A stretch of DNA of 63,768 bases, filler included, from Octopus bimaculoides (lineage: Eukaryota), in the NCBI RefSeq assembly GCF_001194135.2. It is 5 parts of 5 records of this genome, joined end to end, with 100 filler letters (N's around TTAATTAATTAA, not from the genome) between each part and the next. Parts side by side here need not be neighbours in the genome. Positions count along the whole stretch, not along the records: positions 23,316 to 47,664 come from NC_068987.1; positions 47,765 to 58,326 come from NC_069010.1; 3 more parts are not named here. One strand, written 5' to 3'. How positions within the stretch are numbered: position 1 is the stretch's first letter; every line of letters begins with the position of its first letter. Under the pieces are notes generated by a model. That model did not search any database and was not told the DNA's origin. It worked only from the letters and a program-made list of their open reading frames with translations. Below are positions 37,880-51,427 of the stretch, one piece after another. Both the position numbers and the translations under genes were made by a program.

Positions 37880-38980
37880 GTTGACCTCATTATCACTGCG
37901 ATACTGGTTCCCAGCCAAGTGTATTTCATGTTGGAGAACAGATGATACCTAGATGGGGGGGGGGGAAATCAGGAGAATAGGAAGTAGATCAACCGGTTCA
38001 AAGCCATAGTGACGCACAACAACCATTGAGATCCCAAACTTGTGTACTAGAGCATTGTCCAGAGGAAGCAAGACCAATTTCGTCAGTTTTTCTGGGTGTT
38101 TTGCCTTTATAACCGTTCGTTAGAACCCCAACAAGTTGGCAAAGTACTCTCCATTGGCCCTTTTGAAGATAGTCAATATACAGAGTGCTTTTGCATCCCA
38201 CCAAAACTGAGGCCATCACCTTCTTTACAGATGAAACGACCATGACATTCTTTAGAGCAAGTGATAAGGGATGTCGCGATTGCATAGATTGTCTCTGGTT
38301 CAAAGTGATGAACTCAACACTCACTCATTTCTTGGTTAGGAAACATTCAAGGAAACCAGTCGGATATGCCTCAAACAATGTCAAATTTTCTCGTGATGAG
38401 ATCAGCCTAGTGCGTTTTTATCAGGTTCAGAAGTTGTGGCACCCACCAAGCAAGAAACCTTCATTATGCCAAGTTCATTGTGCAGAATATTCTCAACTCT
38501 CTCACTGGATATGCTACTAGAATAGCTATTTGATTTGTAGTCAATAACCGGTCATCCGTCACCATGTGGCGAACATGATCAATGTTTTCCTTGGTGGTGG
38601 CAGTTGTAGGACGTCCAGACCTTAGGTCAGCTTTAAGATTCATCCTTCTCTTTCTAAATTCACCTACCCACTTTTTCACTGTTGGTAAAGCTGAAATATC
38701 ATCTCCTAAAGTAGCAATTATGTCAGATTGAATATCCTTAGTGGCTAAAGCCTTTTTTCTGCAGGTATTTGATAACACCACGATGCCAAATTTTCTCCAT
38801 TTTCAAGAGAAGTCGTTACCAGTTATATTTAAAGTCTTCTTTGAATATTTAGATGTCAGTTTACCAGGAAAGAAACAAAGCACTTATTAATAAGAAGGGT
38901 TGAAATAAATGCATGCAAAAGTTCATAGTTCTAGCATCATTCGTTCATAGTCAGCCTATGAAACTTTCAGTCCACGGACG
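37880..38980 (-). mobile_element. Decayed mariner transposon (DD34D transposase pseudogene)
   Basis: HTH region TVKKWVGEFRK...RSGRPTT, then WVPQLL, EC*VHHFEPET, KVMAS, LDNALVHK and YSPD..PS.YHLFSNMK. A TIR-like 5' end CTGAAAGTTTCATAGGCTGAC lies near 38950-38975. Confidence 0.9.
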
Positions 38981-39094
38981 TTCGAGAAAATATTTCACGT
39001 GGTGAACTGTAGTAAAAAATATATAAAAAGAAAGAAAATGCGCAGGAATTTTATGTTGGAATTAATATATATATACGAAATAAAATATTTACCT

Positions 39095-39745
39095 AGTCGA
39101 CCGGTTTGCCTTATGCTATTCATGACTAAGTAGTTAGTGGTAATGTTATAATTCCGCGCTATGATAAGTTGTTGTTCTGTGTTGGAAGGAGAACAGATAT
39201 TTTGTAAATGGATCGGTAGATAAATAAGTTTTAGGGGAGGTAATAGGTGATCATTAATATTAGAAACAGAGGAGGTAATTCGATTTTTTTTGGAAAGTGA
39301 TTATATGTATGTTAAAAAAAATAACTGTCAACTAAAATATTTACATAATCCCAAACTGGTTATATGTTCATATTAAGCGTGGTTAATATTTTTCAATGAA
39401 TGTGGTCTCTCTGTTTAACCGCTGTTTTACAGATGTTACTGCATTGATATAAAGGCAATATTTTGAAGTTTAATTGTAAGTTCTCCTCACATTTGTCGAT
39501 GATTTCACTGAGAGGTATTTGTCTATATCTTGGGAAGCAGATTTATTCTCTATGTAGAGTTGTTCTCTGCCTTAGAGTCATTCCTGTTTCCTCTATGTAG
39601 TTCTGACCACATCCTGAACAAGTTATGACGTAGATTAAGTTTTCATACGCAAAAGTAAAGTCATTTTTGTTTTGAATCTTTGTCCTTATTTAAAATGGAA
39701 TTCTGAATCTTCCAGTAAGTTGCCCGTATTGTTTGATTCTTGTTG
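39095..39745 (-). mobile_element. Penelope-like element 3' relic (GIY-YIG endonuclease plus decayed hammerhead)
   Basis: NLIYVITCSGCGQNYIEETGMTLRQRTTLHRE, IPLSEIIDKC...FKILPLYQ and RLNRETTFIEKY*PRLN. About 250 bp downstream is GTCATGAATAGCATAAGGCAAACCGGTCGAC. Confidence 0.85.
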
Positions 39746-39768
39746 TTGTTGGCTATAATTTTGCATCT

Positions 39769-39819
39769 GCCATGAGCAAGACACAAGTTTACGGGTTGTT
39801 TTCACGATTTAGGAATGGT
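39769..39819 (+). mobile_element. Short mariner HTH fragment
   Basis: AMSKTQVYGLFSRFRNG matches the mariner MS..QV..W..RF..G motif. Confidence 0.6.
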
Positions 39820-39822
39820 CTA

Positions 39823-40033
39823 TCACTCGGCGACTGCACAGGTCCTCCTGTTGTCTGCGAACATAGTGACATGCTCAGCCCAGCAAAACTTGTGCTTTCG
39901 GTACTCTGCGATCACATCGTTAACTCCGCTCCTTTCACGAATTATCTCATTCTGAATATGCTCTCGTAATGGTATTCCTAGCATGGATTGGCTACGACGC
40001 AAAAGGCTTTGGAAAGATCCATGCCAGGAATAC
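39823..40033 (-). mobile_element. RTE LINE ORF2 C-terminal fragment with inverted 5' segment
   Basis: Minus strand gives SMLGIPLREHIQNEIIRERSGVNDVIAEYRKHKFCWAEHV. The plus strand at 39991-40033 gives the preceding ATTQKALERSMPGI. Confidence 0.85.
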
Positions 40034-40083
40034 ACACACACACACACACACACATACATATATATACATACACATGTACACAC

Positions 40084-40190
<107 letters not shown>

Positions 40191-40794
40191 TACTCATGCA
40201 CATACACATACATATACGCTGTTGTTTTGTTCTGAATCGATCCCGAAACCCCAATTTAAAGCGTGTCAGACATGACCATCCCGTCTTTTAACAAACATTT
40301 CATATCTGTGATTACATTCACATCTATGACTACTTTGCCAGGCTAATTGCATGAAATGTTAGCTCTTATGACTAGCAGATCGATTGACCAAATAGAAGCG
40401 CTTTCATTGGCTCAATATCCTCCAGGTAGTAATGGTGGCGGCAGTGGTACGATTGGCAATGTTGCCGATAATGGCGGCAGCGTGGATATCTACATTGTTG
40501 CAAGGATGTTCTTTTACGATAGCGTTGCTAATTATTCGTGGCTAAACACGTGACAATGTCGACGATTATCACTCGCCACTGTCGCATCAACGCCACCACC
40601 GATCAATATATATGTCCTAATCTTTCGTTCACCCCTACTTCTTTCTCATTATTTCCATTACATCGTTTTCCGTGAAATATCTCACTCCTTCGCATTTCGT
40701 CTCATCTTTTCTCTTTCCTCCCAACGTTACCCCAACTTAATGTCTGCTATATAACCTTGATATGATATTTTATGATTACTGTTTCGCTGCTCCA

Positions 40795-40830
<36 letters not shown>

Positions 40831-40984
40831 ATTTTTTTGTTTAGTTGTTTGTTAGTTGTGTAGTTGTGTGTTTATTTGTGTGTGTGTGTGTGTATGTTTG
40901 ATTCTCCTCTATTTGTCGAAGTTACCGACCGATGGCGATGCACTGAATAACACGGCTGTGTGTGAGAGGCTAGAAGATGATAGA

Positions 40985-41860
40985 AGAGCAGCATAACTGT
41001 GTTGATGGTTTGTGGTCGTTGAGATGGTGGTGGTAGTGTTGGTGGTAGTATTGGTGGTGGTGTTCGCGGTGGTGTTGGTGGTGGCATTAGTGGTGGTATG
41101 GGTGGTCGTGTTGGTGGTGGTGAAGGTGTCGGTGTTGTTGGTGGTATTGGTGGTGGTATTCGTGTTGGTGGCGGTGGTGGTGGTGGTATTGGTGGTGGTG
41201 TTGGTGGTGATTGTTGTGGTGAAGGTGGTGGTGTTGGTGGTGATATTCGTGGTGGTATTGGTAGTACTGGTGCCAGTTTTGGTTGTTGTTGTTGGTGGTG
41301 TTGGGGTGGGGGTAGTNNNNNNNNNNGTGGTATTGGTGGTGGTATTCGTGTTGGTGGCGGTGGTGGTGGTGGTATTGGTGGTGGTGTTGGTGGTGATTGT
41401 TGTGGTGAAGGTGGTGGTGTTGGTGGTGATATTCGTGGTGGTATTGGTAGTACTGGTGCCAGTTTTGGTTGTTGTTGTTGGTGGTGTTGGGGTGGGGGTA
41501 GTTATAGTAATGGTAGCCGTGAGAATTACTGTGGTGATAATTATGGTTTTGGCGTTCATGGTGGGGCTGGTGTTGGTGATAATGATTGTCGTTTTCAGCG
41601 GTTGTGGTAGCGGTGGTTATGGTGGCGATGATGAGGATCATAGTAGCGGTGGTAGTTATATTAGTGATGGTTGGTGTTAGTGGTTGTTGTTGTTGCCAGT
41701 AGTGACGCGGATTCTTATGATGATGGCGGATGGCTGCGGTAACGACGGTTATGGATGTGAAAATGATGGTAGCGGTGGTGTTGGTGGTGGTGGAGACGGC
41801 GGTGACGATGGTTGTGGTGTTTGTGGAGATGATGGCAGTGGTGGTGGGCATCACGATGAT
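40985..41860. repeat. Degenerate (GGT)n/(GTT)n low-complexity tract
   Basis: Trinucleotide-derived sequence open in several frames on both strands. Block 41140-41316 is repeated after a 10-N gap. Confidence 0.9.
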
Positions 41861-42134
41861 GATTACGCTATTAATGTTTGTGAATTTAAAAGATGTTGTT
41901 TGAGACGGTGAAAACGGGAGTTGTCTTCAGCATTTGCCAGAAAATTCGAAAATCTAATATTATACCATCAACTAACATTATTTTTCTTTTAGGTTAACAT
42001 GCAGCTTAAGATCGTAAAAAAGTGAAAATAAATAGTCTTTAATTTAAAAAAAAAATAAAGTGCGACAGCGGAAGCGACGATAGTGACATCACAAAGTTTC
42101 ATAAAAAGAATATAAAAAATTCCATTATTACTGC

Positions 42135-42590
42135 ACATCCCTAGACAGCTACAGAAGCTAAGCTACACCTTTCCAATGTATATACCCACCAGGTGCTCGG
42201 CTTCTTCCGCCCAGGACTTCTCTCGGCATCTGCAACAAAGAATTGCGCGCTTGTACGAAGCAGCCCGTAGCCTCCCATCTCATACCAGCGTGCGCCGGTA
42301 CTTGTGTGTCTTCCGTCTCCCACTAGAACATCTTACTAGGGCTTTACTCTCTTCAGCTGCGGGCTGGAAGAGGACTCGTAGCAGGCCCGCACCAGATGGC
42401 TGGACGTGAATAAGGTCTCCAGAGGCTCGACGTCACCTTGGAGGATGCAGAGGGGCTGGCACAGGACCGCCGGTGATGGAAAGTACTGGTGGATCTGGTC
42501 GGCACTACTCATGACGACGTCTCTGCGACCACTAGCCTGGGATGACCACAGCCTCACCAAACAAGAGCATAAAGCAAGATATAAGTAGAA
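42135..42590 (+). mobile_element. RTE-type LINE 3' fragment
   Basis: AAGWKRTRSRP [shift] RTRWLDV...LDVTLEDAEGLAQDRR*WKVLVDLVG, the RTE GRP..RW...A.DR..W C-terminus, followed by a CAAG-rich tail. Confidence 0.75.
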
Positions 42591-43484
42591 GGTTCTATAC
42601 ATTGGTTATGGTCACATACATTGCTTACATGAAATTATGTGATTTCCCTAACGTCACTTCTAGCTTTTCTCGCAATTTACTTTCGTTATTTTTAGAACAA
42701 TTTTCTTTCCCTTTCTTCGGCCACAAACTACATGTTCACCTATATTTAATTTATGGTTGGTGTTTTAAAAAGTTAAATTTAATTTTGACATTCTTTATAC
42801 ATGCCGTCCTGTTTAATACCACCAAGCTAGTAATTAGAGTTGCGTAGCAAATGCTCCAAATGTTTACTCTCTTCTAAACATTTGGATCAAACACACTTGT
42901 AGACATTGATATCTAGATGTTCAAGCGCAACATCAGCCGCATTAATTCACCAATCAACAATACAACCCCTTTTCCTATTACTAACATGTTGAAACAAAAC
43001 CTTCATACAAATAAATATTCATGTGTGGGGTATATCCCTTAAGGGAGGAAATAAATATTTGTCTAATTATGACAACCAGTGAAGTGTTACAGCTTTTCTT
43101 TCTTAAATTATAAAGAAAACCATTTAGAAGAACAGAGGGGATATTTACACAGCTCGGAAGACGGGATTAAATACCTTAAAGAATCAATGATTTAATAAAT
43201 TACTGCTTTAATTTAGTAGGCGAAGATTAATTTCCCTCTATAATTATTAATCTATGTAATGTTGCTATTATTATTATTATGCTCATTATTTCTTTAAATG
43301 CGGCTGCTCTTAATTTAAGAACTTAAGATTTAAAAGTTTAAAAAATAATTGTGGTAGTGGGAATTTAATACATAAATCTTCTGTAACCAAAATTAGCTAA
43401 TACCTGAGTTTTGCTTTTTAATGCTCCTAATCATATCAAAGAATTTATCATAAATTGTATGCACACATATATGCATGCGTGCGC

Positions 43485-43517
<33 letters not shown>

Positions 43518-43813
43518 TAGTTTTCGTAAACTTATCCTCCGACGCTACTCTATCTCTTTCTCTTTCTCTTTCCTTTCTCCCCCCCCTCGTTCTTCCTCTG
43601 TACTACTACGTATCTCGCCTTACCCCTCTTGTTCTTCCTCTGTNNNNNNNNNNNNNNNNNNNNNNNNNNNNNNNNNNNNNNNNNNNNNNNNNNNNNNNNN
43701 NNNNNNNNNNNNNNNNNNNNNNNNNNNNNNNNNNNNNNNNNNNNNNNNNNNNNNNNNNNNNNNNNNNNNATATATATATACACACATACATATATACGCA
43801 TACATATATACAT

Positions 43814-44139
43814 GTGAAAGTGCGTGGCTTAGTGGCTAGTGTAGTCGGCTTACGACCGTACGGTCGTGACTTCGATGTCCTGTGGTGCATTGTGTCCTTC
43901 AGCAAGACACTTTATTTCACGCTGCTCCAGTCCACTCAGCTGGTAAAATGAGTTGTACCTTTAATTTGGAAAATGCCAGTCTTGTTCATATTTTCTGTCA
44001 TGCTGAATCTCTCTGAGAATTACGTTCAGGTTACGCGTGTCTGTGGAGTGCTCAACCATTTGCACGCTAATTTCGCGTGCAGGTTGTTCAATTGATTGGA
44101 TCAGCTGGAACACTCATTGTCATAACTGACGGACTGCTA
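43814..44139 (+). mobile_element. SINE family A2
   Basis: tRNA head, CORE-like TTGTGTCCTTCAGCAAGACAC...CTCCAGTCCACTCAGCTGG, then the family-A module GTGTCTGTGGAGTGCTCAACCATTTGCACG. Confidence 0.8.
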
Positions 44140-44194
44140 GTTAAGTTACATACACTCGTCATCATCAGCATCATCATTATTACTATTATTATCG

Positions 44195-44752
44195 AACAGC
44201 TGTCACCATGTGTGGGACGATTCTCGATTATTGGCCGGATCCACCACCGACATTTAACATGGCAGGGCAGGCGGTGTTCTTCTGTCTAGTGGCTATGGCG
44301 AAAGAAGTTGAGTAGTGGACAAGGCTGAAAGGATTGAGGAAAGACGCTACCCTCTTCGGTCAAGCCCTCATCGATGTTTTAAAGTTCCCCTTGGAAATGC
44401 CATCACCTAATGAATTTATGAAAAGATGGATGACTGTGACAAAAATGGCTAGAATACTATAAGTATACGCCTGTAGACTGGAGGGCAGGAGAAAGGGCTC
44501 GTACCTTTGGTGGTTGTGGTAATCCTGGATCCGTGGAGTTCCTCGATCGACTCTAGTTAGAATTTCTCCTGTATCAAGAGGACTGTATCATTCGTGTTAT
44601 CACATACTTGGTATACTATGTATACGTTTATCACATTTCACTGTCCTTTCTATTTCTTTTTCCCCATCCTTTATGTAAATCGACACACAAATTGTTTACT
44701 GCCCTTGTGATGTTCCTCTCCTCTATGCCTCTGTGGCTTATAAACAAATTAT
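44195..44752 (+). mobile_element. L1/Tx1-type LINE 3' fragment
   Basis: QAVFFCLVAMAKEVE*WTRLKGL...GQALIDVLKF...EFMKRWMTVTKMAR, then a pyrimidine-rich 3' UTR ending TATAAACAAATTATTATT. Confidence 0.65.
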
Positions 44753-44829
44753 TATTGAGCTGGCAGAATCATTAGCACGCCGGGTGAAATGCTTAGTAGT
44801 ATTTCCCTGTAAAATGGAATCAGTGCATC

Positions 44830-45660
<831 letters not shown>

Positions 45661-45761
45661 TTCAGGAAGTATTCACCAAATCACATATGTATGTATGTAT
45701 GCATGTATGTATGTATATTTATATATTATATACACACACATACACATGCACATACACACAA

Positions 45762-45801
<40 letters not shown>

Positions 45802-45902
45802 GTATGTATATATACATACATACTTATACCTATAGCTATACATGTACATGTACGGAGGTTTTCAGAGACTAATTCAATAAATGTTTATCCGAGACACTAG
45901 AT

Positions 45903-46199
45903 CAGTGGTTCCCAAACTTTTTAAGGCTGCCATTCCCTTGGTACCCAGACCACATTTCTAGCGCACCCCCTGCCACTCGCGAATGTAGACCATTTTCTGC
46001 AGCAAATTCAACACAACAGTATTTCAGAAATAAAAATTAAACTAATGAATCCATTATTTTGTTTGCTTTTATATCTAACACCCCCATTTGGCCATCCCGT
46101 TATCGCCACACTTTTCATCAATGCCCCGCTGAAACTTTCTCTCACCCCAGTGGGTGGGGGTGGGTGGGGGTGGAGTACCGCCCTGTTTAGGAGCCATTG
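45903..46199. mobile_element. hAT-type MITE (same family as 60211-60504, opposite orientation)
   Basis: TIRs CAGTGGTTCCCAAAC and GTTTAGGAGCCATTG match at 12 of 15; flanks CACTAGAT and CTCTCCAT match at 5 of 8. The internal sequence aligns with the reverse complement of 60211-60504. Confidence 0.8.
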
Positions 46200-46484
46200 C
46201 TCTCCATGAAGCCTCATCACAGCAAGAAACGCACACGAGGGCAGTCTTGTCCAACTCACTGATTCGCCAGAAACAAAGCCAGAGAAAGGATTGGGGAAAT
46301 AAGTTCAAATAATCTTGCAATCATTCTAATAGCGGTGCCCCAGAGTGGCCACAACCCTTGGAAGGGAGAATTCAAAGTAAAGATAAATATGCTCCCGTAT
46401 ACGGATGTTTATGGCAATATGTGTACATATAGATTATATTGTCTCCACTAAAATGACATTTAATTGAAAGCGCACATGCGCATA

Positions 46485-47195
46485 CAGTCGTAGCCAAAAT
46501 TTTGGAACATAGGTCTGAAAATTTGAATTTTTATATTTAATGCCCAAATTATATTTAATTTGCAATACAGTAATCATTTGTCATGTCACAGTTCACCTAT
46601 CGCGCCCTCAGTACATCACGGATTTTTCTGGCTGATGCATGTAAATTTTAAAACGCGGACACCTCAGTGTATCACGGGTTTCTGCGGCGGATAGATATTT
46701 ATATTTTTTTAGATTCTAATTATTTCTGTGATAAAATAAACATGTTCACGTCTATAAATTAATGAATTAATAAATAAGAATACAGAACAGTACTGCACTG
46801 CATAACACATTAATTAAAATATATTATAAGAAAATACGTAGTGTACCGTAGATGAGTAAACAAAGAAACGCGCATAATGTATGGAAAACGAACCTCGGGA
46901 CGCGAGTGTCTGGTGTTGTTTCGCATTTATAAAAAAATAAATAGATATAAAAAATATACAGTACAGTACTGTTTCTACTTCGCGGGTTATCACCTATCGC
47001 GGGGGGGGGGGGGGTTGGAACGTAAGAACCGTGATAGTCAAGGGATTACTGTATATTATTACTCGGTGAAGAGGTCTGAAAATTAGAATTTTTATATTAA
47101 ATACATACGTTGTATATATTTGGATCGTTGTATATATTTGGGCATAACAATATTAATTTAAAAATAAAAATGTCCTAAACATTTGGCCACGACTG
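46485..47195. mobile_element. Tc1/mariner-type MITE (outer element)
   Basis: TA-flanked TIRs CAGTCGTAGCCAAAATTTTGGAACA and TGTCCTAAACATTTGGCCACGACTG. Confidence 0.85.
46568..47051. mobile_element. Tigger/pogo-type MITE nested in the Tc1-type MITE
   Basis: TA-flanked TIRs CAGTAATCATTTGTCATGTCACAG and CCGTGATAGTCAAGGGATTACTG. Confidence 0.85.
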
Positions 47196-47285
47196 TACGT
47201 GCACATATACCCACGTACACACACTCACGCACATATACACACATACATACGCACATATATCACACACTTGTATATGTGTGCGTTT

Positions 47286-47350
<65 letters not shown>

Positions 47351-48071
47351 TGTGTGTGTGTGCATATATACCCTCACTAACATATACTACTATGAATATA
47401 AATACAAGACCATACTATAGTAAGCGTAATTGTATTATATGGAAAATGGGTGTACTCAGGACAGGAACGTATTTTGTGGGAAGGGGACTGAGTCACAGGG
47501 TTGTTGTGATGCATCCATCAAGATAAGGTGAATTTTCTGCTAGTTGGAATTACAATTTGAGCATATTGTTTTGGGTACAGCGGGGTGTATTCATATATGC
47601 ACCTCTACACACGCACCCTTCCCCAAACGCATACACACACAGATACATACATATATACATACACNNNNNNNNNNNNNNNNNNNNNNNNNNNNNNNNNNNN
47701 NNNNNNNNTTAATTAATTAANNNNNNNNNNNNNNNNNNNNNNNNNNNNNNNNNNNNNNNNNNNNCAGCAAGAAACCACACCTGTATTACATAAACAACGC
47801 AAAGAAAAAAGTGTCAGCCAGTGGAGGAAGTGGTGGTGGTGGTGGAGATGTAGTACCGCTGGGGTGGAGGAGAAGGGGGGGGGGAAACAGGCAGGTTGCA
47901 TAACAAAACACGACCTCTGTTATACAATGTGGCACTCCCACCCCCCCGCGATGCACCGTTAATAGTGGTAGCTTATTGGATAAGCGGCAGATTTGGAGGT
48001 TGTTCAGGTGAAACTATGACGTACTTTCGTGAAAGCATTGCAAAAACACAAGAATTTGGCATGTATGTGTG

Positions 48072-48150
<79 letters not shown>

Positions 48151-48892
48151 GTATATATGTATATGTGTGTGTGTGTGTGAATATACACACACATGTGTGT
48201 ATATATATGTATATACTTATATATATATATATATATATATACACACGTGTATATATATGTATATACTTATCATCATCATCATCGTTTAACGTCCGCTTTC
48301 CATGCTAGCATGGGTTGGACGATTTGACTGAGGACTGGTGAAACCGGATGGCAACACCAGGCTCCAATCTAATTTGGCATATATGTATATGTACATATAT
48401 ACATATGCCTGTATGTATGTATGTATATTTATATATATAGTGGGTGTGTGTGTATATATTTAATGTATATATATATATATTTATATATATATATATATTT
48501 ATGTATATATTTATATGTATATATATATTTATATATGTGTATGTATCTAAAAATATATATATATGCATGTTTGTGTATACATATTTATATATGTGTATGT
48601 ATCTAAATATATATATATATGCATGTTTGTGCATATATATGTGTCTGTGTGTGTTTGTATTTATGTACATACGTACACACACACACACACACACACACAG
48701 ACACACACACATCCTTTAAATTCGTTTATGTGAAACATTGTTGAGTGTGCTCATAAAAAGCTCCTATGCTATTTTTCTCTGGCTCCAACTTATTATTCGC
48801 ATCATCCCATACGTAGCAATGCAGTTTAGTATTTATGAATTTCCACCAATAAGTCCACATTATTACTACACACACATACACACGTATATCTT

Positions 48893-49263
48893 TTACTCTT
48901 TTTTTACTCTTTTACTTGTTTCAGTCTTTTGACTGTGGCCATGCTGGAGCACCACCTTTAGTCGAGCAAATCGACCCCAGGACTTATTCTTTAGAAGCCT
49001 AGTACTTATTCTATCGGTCTCTATTGCCGAACCGCTAAGTTACCGAGACATAGACACACCAGCATCGGTTGTCAAGCGATGTTGGGGGGACAAACACAGA
49101 CACACAAACACACATACACACATACAAATATATATATACAAATATACGATGGGCTTCTTTCAGTTTCCGTCTACCAAATCCACTCACAAGGCTTTGGTCG
49201 GCCCGAGGCTATAGTAGAAGACACTTGCCGAAGGTGCCACGCAGTGGGGCTGAACCCGGAACC
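48893..49263 (-). mobile_element. SINE family B (head lost in gap)
   Basis: Near-identical to 35175-35570. Confidence 0.9.
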
Positions 49264-49519
49264 NNNNNNNNNNNNNNNNNNNNNNNNNNNNNNNNNNNNN
49301 NNNNNNNNNNNNNNNNNNNNNNNNNNNNNNNNNNNNNNNNNNNNNNNNNNNNNNNNNNNNNNNNNNNNNNNNNNNNNNNNNNNNNNNNNNNNNNNNNNNN
49401 NNNNNNNNNNNNNNNNNNNNNNNNNNNNNNNNNNNNNNNNNNNNNNNNNNNNNNNNNNNNNNNNNNNNNNNNNNNNNNNNNNNNNNNNNNNNNNNNNNNN
49501 NNNNNNNNNNNNNNNNNNN

Positions 49520-49550
<31 letters not shown>

Positions 49551-50466
49551 TATACATATATATATAGACTATAATTATTTTTTCTCACTTTTTGCAATTC
49601 TTACTCATTTACTTATGTGCATACATAAATATATACACAATTTGTGTATGTGTCTATATTTATCTATCTATCTATCTATCTGTCTATCTATCTATCCAGA
49701 TTTGCTTGACTAAAGGTGGTGCTCCAGCATGGCCACAGTCAAAAGACTGAAACAAATAAAAGAGAGAGTATTGAGTTCAACTCCCTTGACCAAAACCGTT
49801 TTAAGACGGTGCCCCAGCATGGCCACAGTACAATGACTGAAACAAGCTAGAGGATAAAAGATAAATAAACAAACATCTTGTCTGCACCATCAATGCCAAT
49901 AAGCAATTTCCTCATAAAAATCTCTCAAGGTGTTTTGTATATGTTTACCTGTTGATAAGGCCTCAACCTGAAGGAAACTAAGTCATGGCATGAATTCATT
50001 TGCATATGATTAACATATCATTAGCATAATGTTGAATGATAACCTCTTGATTGTTTTGTTTCGATAGGCAATTTTTTTTAGGGCATCTGAGGGTGGGTTT
50101 GCGGGGTTTTGACATATACTGAGGGCCTACATTTCCATATTTCTTAAGGTATAATAACCTAGGTTGCTCCAGTGGCTTCCAGGAACCTGTTGGAACAACC
50201 TAGCCACACCACCATAGAAGTGGATAGCACAAAGTTTGCTTCCCCAAGAGCACAATTATTATCATTATTTAATGTACGTTTTTCATGCTGGTATGGGTTG
50301 GACGGTTTGACAGGAGCTGGCCAGACTCAAAATTGCCCGTTCTGGCATGATTTCTATGGCTGGGTGCTTTTTTAATGTCAATCACTTTACTGAGTATGCT
50401 GGGTGGCACCAGAATTGGTATGTTTATGCAGCACTGGCACAAGTACATTTTATGTGGCACCGGCAC

Positions 50467-50682
50467 CTGTAAAGAACAAGAATCGGTAGCACGCTGGGCG
50501 AAATGCTTAGCGGTATTTCATCTGTCTTTACGTTCTGGGTTCAAATTCCGCTGGGGTCAACTGTGCCTTTCATCCTTTTGGGGGTCGATAAATTAAGTAC
50601 CAGTTATGCACTGGGGTCGATGTAATCGACTGGTGCCCTTCCCCAAAATTTCCGGCCTTGTGCCTAGAGTAGAAAAGGATAT
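50467..50682 (+). mobile_element. SINE family C
   Basis: GAATCGGTAGCACGCTGGGCGAAATGCTTAGCGG...CCTTTCATCCTTTTGGGGGTCGATAAATTAAGTACCAG...CTTGTGCCTAGAGTAGAAAAG. Confidence 0.85.
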
Positions 50683-50748
50683 TTTAATATAGACAGCATC
50701 TTGTCTAACCTACTATGTTATCAAAACATATAACCATATATATAACCA

Positions 50749-50781
<33 letters not shown>

Positions 50782-51152
50782 CAATTTTTTTTTTCTCCGT
50801 GTTTTTCTCCTTGTCTCCGTATTCTTTCTGTTGAAGAGCGTNNNNNNNNNNNNNNNNNNNNNNNNNNNNNNNNNNNNNNNNNNNNNNNNNNNNNNNNNNN
50901 NNNNNNNNNNNNNNNNNNNNNNNNNNNNNNNNNNNNNNNNNNNNNNNNNNNNNNNNNNNNNNNNNNNNNNNNNNNNNNNNNNNNNNNNNNNNNNNNNNNN
51001 NNNNNNNNNNNNNNNNNNNNNNNNNNNNNNNNNNNNNNNNNNNNNNNNNNNNNNNNNNNNNNNNNNNNNNNNNNNNNNNNNNNNNNNNNNNNNNNNNNNN
51101 NNNNNNNNNNNNNNNNNNNNNNNNNNNNNNNNNNNNNNNNNNNNNNNNNNNN

Positions 51153-51192
<40 letters not shown>

Positions 51193-51193
<1 letters not shown>

Positions 51194-51427
51194 ATCATCA
51201 TCATCATCATCGTCGTCCTTTAACATCTGCTTTCCATGCTAGCATGGGTTGGACGATTTGACTGAGGACTGGTGAACCAGATGGCTACACCAGGCTCCAA
51301 TCTGATTTGGCAGAGTTTCTACAGCTGGATGCCCTTCCTAATGCCAACCACTCCAAGAGTGTAGTGGGTGCTTTTACGTGCCACCGGCACGAAGGTCAGT
51401 CAGGCGGTGCTGGCAACGGCCACGCTC
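51193..51427 (-). mobile_element. Family D element with RTE-like 3' end and (GAT)n tail
   Basis: (CAT)n-CTGCTTTCCATGCTAGCATGGGTTGGACG...CAGCTGGATGCCCTTCCTAA. Paralogs at 48270-48377, 52340-52452 (+), 55081-55495 and 57819-58290. Confidence 0.8.

Noticed and set aside
40909-41911. Thr-, Gly-, His- and Val-rich ORFs resembling mucins or beak/sucker proteins
   Set aside because: (GGT)n-derived sequence is stop-free in most frames, part of it is duplicated artefactually, and there is no signal peptide or splice support.
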